DNA of 64,000 bases from Desulfobulbaceae bacterium (GCA_018335795.1 JAGXRP010000006.1:22129-86128), one strand, 5' to 3'; numbered from the stretch's first letter, positions 42,127 through 52,186 are shown. Notes: generated from the letters alone by a model not told the origin. Numbers and translations: made by a program.

Positions 42127-43251
42127 TTAATACCCGAGAGTTATACCTAATCTGAAAAAGAACATGTTCACTCGTCTTTTGGAAGGAACATTTGAAAATC
42201 CCGACGTTTCGACGTATTCGCCAATTGCCAAAGACCTATAGCCAACATCGAATGATAAGTCAAACCAACAATATGGTAACGGAATATCGAGCCCTGCACC
42301 TAATCCCCAAGAAATTGGAATTGAAACATCAAATTTACTTTTATCTTCGATTCGGATTTTATCATTGCAGTCCTCGCATATGGCTACTCTAAACAAATCA
42401 AGTGTTATATCATCAACGGCAAGCCCAAACTCTCCAAATAGGAAAGGTCTCATACAGAAAAATTCTTCAAAATGCCATCTGCCGTGCAATAAACCGAAAG
42501 GACGATAAAAATCATCTCCGACAAATGAATTATAAATAGGCACTCCACTACTGAATACTACTCCCAAACCCCAATTTTCTGCTCGATACCCTGCGGCTAT
42601 ATCTCCAAAATAAGCCGAACGCCCTTCGTAAACTTGCTGAATCATGTCAATATCAGTTAGTTTTCGGTCGCGATAAGCTGCAATTCCACCGCGTAATTCT
42701 ACAAAATATGATTTATAGTCGCAATCGGGACAATGCAAAGTCGGCAATATCAATGGGCTACAATCACAGAATTTTGTATTAGTATCCTTGCAAGGGATAT
42801 TGATTTTTTCGACTGGGACTTCTCTAATTGCCAATGGATCGAGCGGATTATTAAAATTTTCGAACCAGTTGATATTTCCATATTCATTTGGTGGTAAATC
42901 TTTCAATTTGGGACCAACCAAGTCAATATCTTCTATTGGAATCATCTCTAAAGACTTTTTATCCGGTTGGAGTGAATCCAGAAATACAACATATTTTTGA
43001 GTTTCAAAAAGTTTGTTCTCAACTGAGCAATCAACAGGTTTAGTAACTTCCACTATTTTCAGAACAGTTCCGCGTAATGTATTGCTGTTTCGGATTGCAA
43101 CGAAATTACTGTCTCTGTCGAACAGTTCATTGTATTTATGAGTCGAAGATGACTTTATTCTGATTGCTTCGTCAGTGCGTTCAAAACTGCCGCACGAAAC
43201 AATCATAGCTAGAATAGAGATTGTAAATATTTTCACTAATTGCGTTTTCAT
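42127..43251 (-). CDS. Hypothetical lipoprotein with a Cys-cluster domain and a C-terminal beta-barrel-like region
   Basis: Lipobox IVSC. Cys cluster CKDTNTKFCDCSPLILPTLHCPDCD and later CEDCND. The C-terminal ~180 aa has alternating-hydrophobic beta strands ending FFFRLGITLGY. It overlaps the upstream OMP gene by 4 bp. Confidence 0.45.
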   Translation of the reverse strand: MKTQLVKIFTISILAMIVSCGSFERTDEAIRIKSSSTHKYNELFDRDSNFVAIRNSNTLRGTVLKIVEVTKPVDCSVENKLFETQKYVVFLDSLQPDKKSLEMIPIEDIDLVGPKLKDLPPNEYGNINWFENFNNPLDPLAIREVPVEKINIPCKDTNTKFCDCSPLILPTLHCPDCDYKSYFVELRGGIAAYRDRKLTDIDMIQQVYEGRSAYFGDIAAGYRAENWGLGVVFSSGVPIYNSFVGDDFYRPFGLLHGRWHFEEFFCMRPFLFGEFGLAVDDITLDLFRVAICEDCNDKIRIEDKSKFDVSIPISWGLGAGLDIPLPYCWFDLSFDVGYRSLAIGEYVETSGFSNVPSKRRVNMFFFRLGITLGY

Positions 43252-43826
43252 AATCTGACGCTCAAATTAAGTCCTACAATCAGTGAATTAATAGTATTCC
43301 GTACATCATCCTTATATAAGAAGTTTGCAGAATTATATGTTGCATTTAAATCAAGCATCATACAAGCATTCAAAAATGTAAACCCATACGCAAATCCGAC
43401 ACCGGCATTGCCTCCAATACCAAATTTATCTGTTTCGGGTTGGAAAGTATCGCTGATGCTCATTATCACTCCCAAATTAATATAAGGTATGAATTTCCGG
43501 TTACAGCTATTGTCTCCATAAATCGAGACATCCATAAGGTTGAATTTGACGTTAGGTGTGATTGCGAAATAATCAACCAAGTAGGGAGATTCGGCTGGCA
43601 GGGTCTCAATTCTGTCGAATTCGAAATATTCAATCTTAGCTCCCCACCAAAGATTGCAAAAATAGTGATTCTCGATTTGGAGATTGAACCCTATGCATTC
43701 GTTGTTTAAGTCTGCAAAATCTTGGGTTGGAACGTACATTGAAGGTCCTATACCAACATATAATTGGGCATGGACTGATGTGCAAATCAACACCAAAAAA
43801 CAAGAAATGAGAATGTATCTTATCAT
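43248..43826 (-). CDS. Small outer-membrane beta-barrel protein (OmpW/opacity-like)
   Basis: Signal peptide ending HAQ, and a 170-aa domain of alternating beta strands with Gly/aromatic-rich girdle motifs (GIGGNAGVGFAYGF) ending LNLSVRL. Confidence 0.5.
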   Translation of the reverse strand: MIRYILISCFLVLICTSVHAQLYVGIGPSMYVPTQDFADLNNECIGFNLQIENHYFCNLWWGAKIEYFEFDRIETLPAESPYLVDYFAITPNVKFNLMDVSIYGDNSCNRKFIPYINLGVIMSISDTFQPETDKFGIGGNAGVGFAYGFTFLNACMMLDLNATYNSANFLYKDDVRNTINSLIVGLNLSVRL

Positions 43827-43893
43827 ATAGTGTGAAAATAAGTGTTAGAATATTTAAAAGTAAATAATTAAAACATCATTTCAAAATTTTATA

Positions 43894-44748
43894 TTAATAT
43901 ATAATTGGATTCTCAAAAGAAACAAAGTCTTGTGGTTTGAAATATCCTCTTCGCGTGAGAACTACCTCAATCTTCGAAAAATTAGACAGAACAATTGATT
44001 TTCCGTTCCTAATCGCAATGTTGTGTTCAAAGTGTGCTGAGGGCATACCGTCACGTGTAACAATCGTCCATCCGTCATCAAGTTTGAGTATCCTAGATGA
44101 ACCATGAGTCAACATTGGTTCTATTGCAAGGACAAATCCTGTAAGAAGTATTGCTCCTGAACCCTTTTGACCATAATTTGGTATTTGTGGAAGTTCATGA
44201 ATCTTCCTCCCTATTCCGTGCCCGACTAATTCTTCAACAATTTGATAGCCATTGCGTATTGCGTGCTGTTGTATAGCATAGCTAATATCCCCTACTTTAT
44301 AATATGATTTCATTTGTTCTATTCCCAAAATCAAGCATTCATAAGTAACTGTTATAAGTCTTTTTTTGTCTTCCGAAATTTCACCAATTCCAAAAGTGTA
44401 GGCTTGGTCAGAATAGAATTGGTGCATAATTGCACCGCAATCAATCGTAATAATATCTCCGTCGCGTAACTCTCTATTACCGGGAATGCTATGCACAATT
44501 TCATCATTTATAGATGTACAGAGTGTGTTTGGATATCCATACAATCCTATAAATGCAGGAATTGCTTTATGGTCTCTAATGAATGTTTCAGCCAATCGGT
44601 CAAGCCTGATTGTCTGGATTCCGGGTTTAATTTCATCGGCAAGCATAGCAAGAGTATCAGAAACAACTTTTGCCGCATCTTGCATCAAATCAATTTCTTC
44701 ATCAGTCTTGAAACTCACATTACCGAAAAATCTCTCGAAGATATTCAT
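43894..44748 (-). CDS. map: Methionine aminopeptidase type I
   Basis: Pita-bread fold motifs: DGDIITIDCGA, HGIGRKIHELPQIPNYG and an EHNIAI-type Glu. Confidence 0.85.
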   Translation of the reverse strand: MNIFERFFGNVSFKTDEEIDLMQDAAKVVSDTLAMLADEIKPGIQTIRLDRLAETFIRDHKAIPAFIGLYGYPNTLCTSINDEIVHSIPGNRELRDGDIITIDCGAIMHQFYSDQAYTFGIGEISEDKKRLITVTYECLILGIEQMKSYYKVGDISYAIQQHAIRNGYQIVEELVGHGIGRKIHELPQIPNYGQKGSGAILLTGFVLAIEPMLTHGSSRILKLDDGWTIVTRDGMPSAHFEHNIAIRNGKSIVLSNFSKIEVVLTRRGYFKPQDFVSFENPIIY

Positions 44749-44771
44749 TCAATTTGTTTCAAATTATGTAC

Positions 44772-45590
44772 TTATTTATCCCAAATTGGAATAAATCCCA
44801 TTTCCTTAATCAAATCTTGTGCTTGATTGCTCAGACACCAATCCAAGAAAGCTTTGACAGCTCCTGTCGGTGAATTTATGGTATAGAACTGTAAATATCG
44901 TATGATTGGATATAAGTCCTTTAGCACATTTTCGGTTGTCGGTTCTATATTATTAATGTTAATATGTTTTACACCTTCTACATAAGTTATGCCACCATAG
45001 CCAATAGCCGAAGAATCGTTACTTATGAATTGAATCATGTTACTTAGCGATAGTGCAGATGGTATAGATTTGCAATAATCTTGACCATCAAGCACATGAG
45101 TAAGGAAATATTCTCGAGTACCGGAATTTTCTTGTCTATTAATAGGACTTATTTTCAAGTCTGTCCAACCAAAAGCGTTCCAATTAGTAGTTTCACATTT
45201 GAAAATATCTTGCAATTGCTGCATTGTAAGTGATTGAATAGGGTTTTTATTATTCACGTATATGCTCATCGCATCTTTAGCAATCAGATGCGAAACACCA
45301 ATACTCCGAAATTCATCAGCGAGAAGTTTGACTTCTTCCGGTTCTACATTTCTCGATGCCATACAAATATCAGCCGATTTGTCTTGAATTGCCTGAAAAC
45401 CTGATGCTGTTCCACCACCATATACATAAATTGAAACTTGGCGATTATTTTTCATGTATTCAGCGGCTAATCTTATCGAAAGCATATACATTGTATCAGA
45501 ACCTTTGATAACAATTCGGGTAGGCTCCTTTATAGCGGTGCTACACCCAACGATTATCATAAAGCAAACCAACAATGTTATAATTTTCAA
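44772..45590 (-). CDS. PstS-family (PBP-like) phosphate-binding lipoprotein, orphan
   Basis: Lipobox IIVGCS. Phosphate-binding-protein motifs are IVIKGSDTM, YGGGTASGF and ISPINRQENSGTREYF. No pstCAB genes are nearby. Confidence 0.65.
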   Translation of the reverse strand: MKIITLLVCFMIIVGCSTAIKEPTRIVIKGSDTMYMLSIRLAAEYMKNNRQVSIYVYGGGTASGFQAIQDKSADICMASRNVEPEEVKLLADEFRSIGVSHLIAKDAMSIYVNNKNPIQSLTMQQLQDIFKCETTNWNAFGWTDLKISPINRQENSGTREYFLTHVLDGQDYCKSIPSALSLSNMIQFISNDSSAIGYGGITYVEGVKHININNIEPTTENVLKDLYPIIRYLQFYTINSPTGAVKAFLDWCLSNQAQDLIKEMGFIPIWDK

Positions 45591-45592
45591 AT

Positions 45593-47266
45593 TTATCTCC
45601 TTTCAGCTCTTGTTCTCAATCTTTCAATTTCGTACGGACTTCCTTCGTACCATTCAGGAATTATTTCTAAATTGATTAATTCAATTGACAAATTTAATAA
45701 AAAATCTACATGTTGCATCGCCGCATCGTAATTAATCATATAATTCAAATCATCAAAAGGTGAATGATAAACATTTACCATGTAATCATAAAGCCGATAA
45801 AAACCGAATTCATGGCTTACATTTGCATAATCTGTACCTTCCATCACAAGCATAGAAGGTATTCCGGCTTGTGCAAAAATAGTTTGGTCGGAGCGATTGA
45901 ATGCACCGACTTTGGATAATTCAAAAGGTAGTTCTTCTAAGTACAAATTATTAGATTCGGTTACTTTAATTATTATGTCCTGCAATTCTGAAAAATCTGC
46001 ACCTACTCCGAAAATTGAGTTAAAGTTATCTATGAATGCAATGCCGTCAATATTCAAATTTGCGATAGTTTTATATAAAGGTACAATCGGATTTTGAGCA
46101 TAATAAATGCTTCCGAGCAAGCCTCTTTCCTCGGCTGTAGTAAAAACGATAATTATATTCCTGTTCAAATTATCGGCAAACAAATTCAACATTCTGGACA
46201 ATTCCAATAGTGCCGATACTCCCATTGCATTGTCCAAAACGCCATTATATATTGAATCTCCATCAACAGGAATTCCAATTCCAAGATGGTCGTAATGTGC
46301 AGATAACAACAAATACTCATCCTTTACATTTTCTCCACGACCCTTGATGAACCCTACAACATTCGGTGCTAAAAAAGTTTTATCGGCGTACTTTCCTTTG
46401 AATGTAAATGAAGCTTTGGATAAGTTATTATCAACGAATTCAGTAAATCCGAATTCATTTTGGTCAACAATTACACCCATGTAATCAATGATATGATTTG
46501 CTTTATCAAACGGCATGATGATTGTTAAAATATCAGAAGCAGTTTGAGCTAATGTCATTTCGGGCAAACTATATTCGAGCAACATATTAGCCCAAGGTTT
46601 GAAACGCAAATCCTTCTCGGAAAGCAATATAATACAGGCTTTTGCTCCACGAGCGAGTGCTTGTTTGGCTTTGGTTTGAAAATTCGAATAAATCGTAGGA
46701 TAAATACCATTAAAATATTCGAGCTCTTCAGAAAATGGTTCACCATTAAGCAAAACAACTACCTTGCCACTAACGTCTATGTTTTGATAATCATTATAAT
46801 CAAATTCAGGAGCAAAAATCCCGAAACCTGCAAACACAATGTCTAAAGGACGCGGTAAATATGACATCATACCGGTAGAACTTACAATATAATCTTCACT
46901 AAGTTCAAAATCATATGTATCATTGCAAACAATTTTAAATTCGCTTTCGGGTAACACCGAAATTTCATGCAATGGGATATTTTGGAAGTATGAACCGTTC
47001 AAGCCCGGCAAAATGCCATAGTCCGCTAATCTTTCAGCAATCACCATTGCGGCTTTATTCCCAATTCTACCGTCAGTGGGTCTGCCCTTCATTGAGTCCT
47101 GACCCAAAATGTTAATGAGCTCTCTAAAATTAATCGGATTGAGTGAATGAACGCTATCGTTTTGCATTTCAATTGACGATTCCATACTGTTAACAACATG
47201 ATGAAACAGTAAGAAAATAATTAGAATCTTTATAAACTTTCTTTCGTATATATATAAAGTTGTCAT
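45593..47266 (-). CDS. M28 family zinc aminopeptidase with a PA domain
   Basis: Signal peptide. M28 metal ligands are in SAHYDHLGIG and GVLDNAMGVSALLELSRML, plus EERGLLGS. Confidence 0.75.
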   Translation of the reverse strand: MTTLYIYERKFIKILIIFLLFHHVVNSMESSIEMQNDSVHSLNPINFRELINILGQDSMKGRPTDGRIGNKAAMVIAERLADYGILPGLNGSYFQNIPLHEISVLPESEFKIVCNDTYDFELSEDYIVSSTGMMSYLPRPLDIVFAGFGIFAPEFDYNDYQNIDVSGKVVVLLNGEPFSEELEYFNGIYPTIYSNFQTKAKQALARGAKACIILLSEKDLRFKPWANMLLEYSLPEMTLAQTASDILTIIMPFDKANHIIDYMGVIVDQNEFGFTEFVDNNLSKASFTFKGKYADKTFLAPNVVGFIKGRGENVKDEYLLLSAHYDHLGIGIPVDGDSIYNGVLDNAMGVSALLELSRMLNLFADNLNRNIIIVFTTAEERGLLGSIYYAQNPIVPLYKTIANLNIDGIAFIDNFNSIFGVGADFSELQDIIIKVTESNNLYLEELPFELSKVGAFNRSDQTIFAQAGIPSMLVMEGTDYANVSHEFGFYRLYDYMVNVYHSPFDDLNYMINYDAAMQHVDFLLNLSIELINLEIIPEWYEGSPYEIERLRTRAERR

Positions 47267-47375
47267 CAGTTTTGAAGCATGTAATAAATTTATTGATAAT
47301 TTTGAAAATAAAAATGAACAAAATGAAATTGATTTTTTGTAAATATAAACTATACGTACTTAAAGGAAAAACTTT

Positions 47376-49247
47376 ATGATTAAGTTTAATATGATTTTCG
47401 TAATATTGTTTTGTATTATTGGAGCTACAATGACAACTTATTCGCAGACTAAACTCCCTACCAGAGCGGAAATAGAGAACAAATACAAGTGGAATACTGC
47501 TGATATTTTTATTTCCGAAGAAGCATGGGAAGAAGAATTCGCTCGTATCAAAAATGAGATTCCCAAGATTCAACAATTCAAAGGTAAATTTGCCGAATCG
47601 GCAAAATCCGTTTATGAAAGCTTTGCTCTGGCTGATAAAGTCTCTGCAGCATTTTCAAAATTATATTTATATGTTGCATTGTCGCGAGACACTGATTTGA
47701 ATGAAGGGAAATTCCAGATGATGTTCGACCGAATACAAAAGCTGGGTTCTGAAATTTCTGCTGCAGCTTCATTCATGACACCAGAATTAATTTCCATTCC
47801 AAAAGATAAATTTCATCAATTTTTGAATGACAAGATTTTGGCTGATTACAGACACCAATTAGAATCCACTTACAAAATGCGTGACCATACTTTGCCGGCA
47901 GACCAAGAACAACTTCTCGCTAAACTTAGTCCCGTATTTCAGACAGCAAACAATACTTATTCAATTTTGAATGATGCAGAATTACCCTTTCCAAATATCA
48001 AAATGAATGATGGGACCGAAATGCAAGTATCGCACGGTCGTTACAGAGCTGCACTTTTTGCGTTAGATAGGAATTATCGCAAAGATGTTTACAAAGCTAC
48101 TTATGAACCATATAGTGCGCTAAAAGGCACAATGGCATCGTTATATAATTCCAGAGTAAAGCAACGACTCGTAAATTCCGAAATACGCAAATATTCATCC
48201 CCGATTGAAGCCGCTTTGAAAGGCAATGATATTCCGGTAGATGTTTACAAAAATTTAGTCAAATCAGTCAATGATAACTTGGATGCATTGCATAAATGGG
48301 CAAAAATCAAAAAAACAGCATTGAAATTAGACGAATTGCATCCATATGATACTTATGTAACACTCTTCCCTGCTACTCAACGTGAATATGATTATGAAAC
48401 AGCTTGCGAAATCGTATTGAAATCGCTAAAACCATTAGGCGACGAGTACGTTAAGCAAGTTAAATTCGGTTTCGAAAACAGATGGATTGACGTTTACGAA
48501 ACTCAAGGCAAACGCAGCGGAGCATATTCAAATAGCACAGGTGCAGGTCCTCACCCATTCATATTGATGAATTGGAATAATACGATGGACGACATGTTCA
48601 CGCTGACACATGAAATCGGTCATAATATGCACTCATTTTTTAGCGAAAAACACCAACCTTACCATTATGCGGGATATTCTATTTTTGTTGCAGAGGTAGC
48701 ATCAATTACAAACGAAGCACTATTGCTTGATTATTTGCTCGAAAATGCTAAAACAAAAGAGGAAAAAGCCGAACTTCTCGAAAAATTTTTAATCTCGGCA
48801 CAAATGACATTTTTCCGCCAAACTCGATTTGCGGAATTTGAAATGTTGACACACGAAAAGGCTCAAAAAGGTGAAATATTGACAGCAGACCAATTAACAG
48901 AGTTATTTGCCGAGCTATATCAAAAGTATTGGGGACCCGAAATGGTTACCGATGCTGAAGAAGGATTATCGTGGGCACGTGTTCATCATTTAGTAAAATA
49001 CGATTTCTACGTTTACCAATACGCAACCGGGTTTGTAGCAGCGCACGCATTAGCTGAGCAAATCAAGAAAGAAGGCGCTCCTGCAATCAAGCGATATTTG
49101 GATTTTCTTTCATCAGGAAGTTCGGATTATCCAATCAACGTTTTGCAAAAAGCCGGAGTTGACATGAGCAGCCCCAAACCGATTGAACTAACGATTCAAA
49201 AAATAAAACGCTACACCGAAGAATTAGAAAAGCTGATGAAATCGTAA
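47376..49247 (+). CDS. pepF: Oligoendopeptidase F (M3B family)
   Basis: HEIGHNMH zincin motif and an M3 fold length of 623 aa. An N-terminal signal is present, suggesting periplasmic localisation. Confidence 0.85.
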   Translation: MIKFNMIFVILFCIIGATMTTYSQTKLPTRAEIENKYKWNTADIFISEEAWEEEFARIKNEIPKIQQFKGKFAESAKSVYESFALADKVSAAFSKLYLYVALSRDTDLNEGKFQMMFDRIQKLGSEISAAASFMTPELISIPKDKFHQFLNDKILADYRHQLESTYKMRDHTLPADQEQLLAKLSPVFQTANNTYSILNDAELPFPNIKMNDGTEMQVSHGRYRAALFALDRNYRKDVYKATYEPYSALKGTMASLYNSRVKQRLVNSEIRKYSSPIEAALKGNDIPVDVYKNLVKSVNDNLDALHKWAKIKKTALKLDELHPYDTYVTLFPATQREYDYETACEIVLKSLKPLGDEYVKQVKFGFENRWIDVYETQGKRSGAYSNSTGAGPHPFILMNWNNTMDDMFTLTHEIGHNMHSFFSEKHQPYHYAGYSIFVAEVASITNEALLLDYLLENAKTKEEKAELLEKFLISAQMTFFRQTRFAEFEMLTHEKAQKGEILTADQLTELFAELYQKYWGPEMVTDAEEGLSWARVHHLVKYDFYVYQYATGFVAAHALAEQIKKEGAPAIKRYLDFLSSGSSDYPINVLQKAGVDMSSPKPIELTIQKIKRYTEELEKLMKS

Positions 49248-49270
49248 ATATAGTTTTTATCTCAAACTTA

Positions 49271-49303
49271 AAAAAAGCTGTCCAAATGGGCAGCTTTTTT
49301 TTG
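49271..49303 (+). terminator. Rho-independent terminator downstream of pepF
   Basis: aaaaaAGCTGTCCaaatGGGCAGCTtttttttt: an 8-bp stem with one G-U pair, a 4-nt loop and a T8 run. Confidence 0.6.
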
Positions 49304-49431
49304 TGTAGCATGACTATTTTATTTGGAAATGAAGAAATCTTGTTTTATGTTAGAATAGTGCGAACATACAATATGGACAATTGATGTTGAAAATTTGTGA
49401 AATTTGATTGTTAGAATTCAGGACAAGGTAT

Positions 49432-50793
49432 ATGTCAAGAACTTCATTAAATATTAGTCTGCTGACTTTGATATTATATTTATTTTTTTCTAGTATTAAT
49501 GCAAGGTCTCAAAGTCTCATTTGGGACCTTGCAGATACAATAAGTATAGGTACTATAAGAGAAGTATCCTGTATAAATAAGGATATTTGTATTTATAGAT
49601 ATGAGTTAATGTTCAACAATGGTATAATATTGAAACTGACAACTGATGGTGGTTTAAATTGGACACACATTTTTGCTGATACTAATATTATAGACAATGA
49701 AACCTTTCTTCCTATCTATTTAGCACCAAACTATTATACTTTATCCTTTAAATCACAAGATAAAATCATATTAACGGCAGATACTAATATCTTTTGGTAT
49801 AGTAATGATTTGGGCAAAACTTGGATAAAAGACTCAATTGATGAAGGATATAGTCTAAGTATCAAAATGGTAGATAGTTTAAATGGGTTGATGTATAAAA
49901 AACTCAAAGGAGGTATGTTTGTTGAAATATTTGCGACTTCTAATGGTGGTATCAGCTGGCATGAGATACATAAACCCTTAGAACACAAATGGGACCTTAA
50001 TTTTTTTGGCGGTGTACTAATGGAAGGGAGTATTTATCTTTATTCTATAAATGAAGATTGGGGTTATAGTTTAAATTGGACGCTTGATTTGGGTAAAACA
50101 TGGGATAGCTATTATTATGGAGGATATTACGCATTCAATGACTTACAATTTATAAATCCTTATATTGGATTTAGTATTAATAGATATATGAATTTGGATA
50201 GCAATAAGACCTTCTTTTCTGTAATGAAAACATATGACTCGGGTGCTACATGGACGGTACTTTTAGAATCAGACTCAGTCCAATATTCGAGATTGTCCTT
50301 CTCTGATTCATTAAACGGTATTGTTGCGGGGTCAACTACGGATTTAATCATTCGTACAACAGATGGAGGTTATTCTTGGCACAAAGATACAGTTCATGGT
50401 ATACCGCCAAGACAAATGCGTAATCTAAGAAATATCAACATGATTGAAAGTAAAAGCGCATTTTTATCCACATCCCGACATATTATTAAATTAACCGACA
50501 GGCCTACATCAATTGAAAATTTTCCACTTATTAATCAAAATTCATTAGACTTTGAGTCAATTATTGTAAATAAAGAAATTGATTTAGAAATCTTGAATGA
50601 TTGTGTCGGAAAGAGTCAAATATCTATAACCATTTATAATAGTACCGGAAAATTAATTTCTAACGATGAATTTCGATATTCTCACTTTGATAAAGGGATT
50701 ATTTTAAACTTATCAAACTTTACAAGCGGTTTTTATTTGATTAGAGTTGATTGTGCCTCGAAAAACAAATTATTACAATTATTAATTATATGA
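49432..50793 (+). CDS. BNR/Asp-box repeat (Ycf48/sortilin-like beta-propeller) protein with a T9SS C-terminal sorting domain
   Basis: Repeated SxDxGxTW-type motifs (TTDGGLNWTHI, SNDLGKTWIKD, TSNGGISWHEI, TLDLGKTWDSY, TYDSGATWTVL, TTDGGYSWHKD). The C-terminal ~80 aa ends …SGFYLIRVDCASKNKLLQLLII, typical of a type-A Por/T9SS CTD. The start is set at MSRTSLNISLL (ATG at 49432). Confidence 0.7.
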   Translation: MSRTSLNISLLTLILYLFFSSINARSQSLIWDLADTISIGTIREVSCINKDICIYRYELMFNNGIILKLTTDGGLNWTHIFADTNIIDNETFLPIYLAPNYYTLSFKSQDKIILTADTNIFWYSNDLGKTWIKDSIDEGYSLSIKMVDSLNGLMYKKLKGGMFVEIFATSNGGISWHEIHKPLEHKWDLNFFGGVLMEGSIYLYSINEDWGYSLNWTLDLGKTWDSYYYGGYYAFNDLQFINPYIGFSINRYMNLDSNKTFFSVMKTYDSGATWTVLLESDSVQYSRLSFSDSLNGIVAGSTTDLIIRTTDGGYSWHKDTVHGIPPRQMRNLRNINMIESKSAFLSTSRHIIKLTDRPTSIENFPLINQNSLDFESIIVNKEIDLEILNDCVGKSQISITIYNSTGKLISNDEFRYSHFDKGIILNLSNFTSGFYLIRVDCASKNKLLQLLII

Positions 50794-50800
50794 AATAATT

Positions 50801-52111
50801 ATGAAAAATCTCATTTTATTAATATTGATTTTAACTACATATTTCTCACTTCCTCTTTATGCAGATAATAATTGGTTGCATATTAAGGACACTTTTTATA
50901 AGAATTTTCAAAAAGCTATTTGTTTTGACTCCTTGAATTACGGTGCTTTAGGGCTCGCTATTAATGGTGTAACCAAATTTTATCTTACAGCGGATGGTGG
51001 TATTAATTGGCAACAAACATTAACGGATGACATTTGTTTCTTAGAACCTGAAATTAGAAGAGGAAATCTTTATCCTATTGATATTTCCAGAACTATTGAT
51101 GGTTTTGTTTATATTGCTTGCGATACTGGATATTTTATTTATTCTACTGATAGTTGTTCTACTTGGCAACGATTTAAATCAAGCATTGACAGTAATTTTA
51201 AATTTTTTGATATGTATGACAGTAAAATAGGAATAGCTGCAACCGAACATACTTTATTCATTTCAGAAGACGGTTGCTCTACATTCATAGAAATTCCCAT
51301 AAATATCGTGAATGCCATAATCTCGAGAATTTGGAACATAAAAATTCTTGATGAGAACCATATTTTTATAATAGCAGAATCATACAGTTTGAAGTCTAAC
51401 GTACTTATTAAGTCTTCTAATCAAGGTTCCACTTGGGAGATGATTTCATTCGGCAAAATTGAAACCGGTAGATTATTTAATATTGGGTTGGAGCATATTT
51501 GGCTCGCTGCGCCTATTTCAATATATTCACAAGGGAAAAAAACAACAGAAGACTTTATATATTACTCGAATGACCATGGAAATACTTGGATTTTACAGTA
51601 TTCTAACCAAAAAGATAATGATGGTTTTATAACCTCTTTAAATTTTTATGATGAGTTTAATGGCATTGCTACCGGTTGGTATGGATTAATATACATGACT
51701 TTCGATGGTGGGAAAACTTGGCAACAAAGCTTCCATAGACAGTATTATTTGAATGAAAATTTATTCGCCTGCCTGAGGATTTCCCAAGATAAAGCTGTAG
51801 TATTTTCCGACAAAGGTCATATTTACAAGTACAAATTGAACGAGATGAGTATAAATTATTTACACCAAGAAGAGATATTTATAAACTATTTGACTCAGTC
51901 AGATTATTTAGAAATTAATTTTAATGAGATTGACATTAGAACCAGCAAAAATTTAGAAAATTTTAAAATATATAATATTCTAGGTGAATGTATGGTTAAT
52001 CAATCAATTCCAACTTCTAATGGAAAACAGTATATTGATGTCTCAAAATTATCTGCCGGCTTGTATTTTGTGATAATTGGCAATAGAGTAGAGAAGTTTG
52101 TGAAGATGTGA
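50801..52111 (+). CDS. BNR/Asp-box repeat beta-propeller protein with a T9SS C-terminal sorting domain (paralog of the upstream gene)
   Basis: Signal peptide. Motifs are TADGGINWQQT, STDSCSTWQRF, SSNQGSTWEMI, SNDHGNTWILQ and TFDGGKTWQQS. The CTD ends …LSAGLYFVIIGNRVEKFVKM. Confidence 0.7.
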   Translation: MKNLILLILILTTYFSLPLYADNNWLHIKDTFYKNFQKAICFDSLNYGALGLAINGVTKFYLTADGGINWQQTLTDDICFLEPEIRRGNLYPIDISRTIDGFVYIACDTGYFIYSTDSCSTWQRFKSSIDSNFKFFDMYDSKIGIAATEHTLFISEDGCSTFIEIPINIVNAIISRIWNIKILDENHIFIIAESYSLKSNVLIKSSNQGSTWEMISFGKIETGRLFNIGLEHIWLAAPISIYSQGKKTTEDFIYYSNDHGNTWILQYSNQKDNDGFITSLNFYDEFNGIATGWYGLIYMTFDGGKTWQQSFHRQYYLNENLFACLRISQDKAVVFSDKGHIYKYKLNEMSINYLHQEEIFINYLTQSDYLEINFNEIDIRTSKNLENFKIYNILGECMVNQSIPTSNGKQYIDVSKLSAGLYFVIIGNRVEKFVKM

Positions 52112-52162
52112 ATTCTGTCACACCGACAAGCACACCTTTTGTCAAATTACTGACAATCATAC

Positions 52163-52186
52163 AAATCATAGTTCAGACAAAAAACC
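52163..52186. repeat. Solitary copy of the trpS-flanking repeat motif (AAATCATAGTTCAGACAAAAAA)
   Basis: It is identical over 22 nt to 53432-53453 and lies 58 bp upstream of the trpS ATG. Confidence 0.6.
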
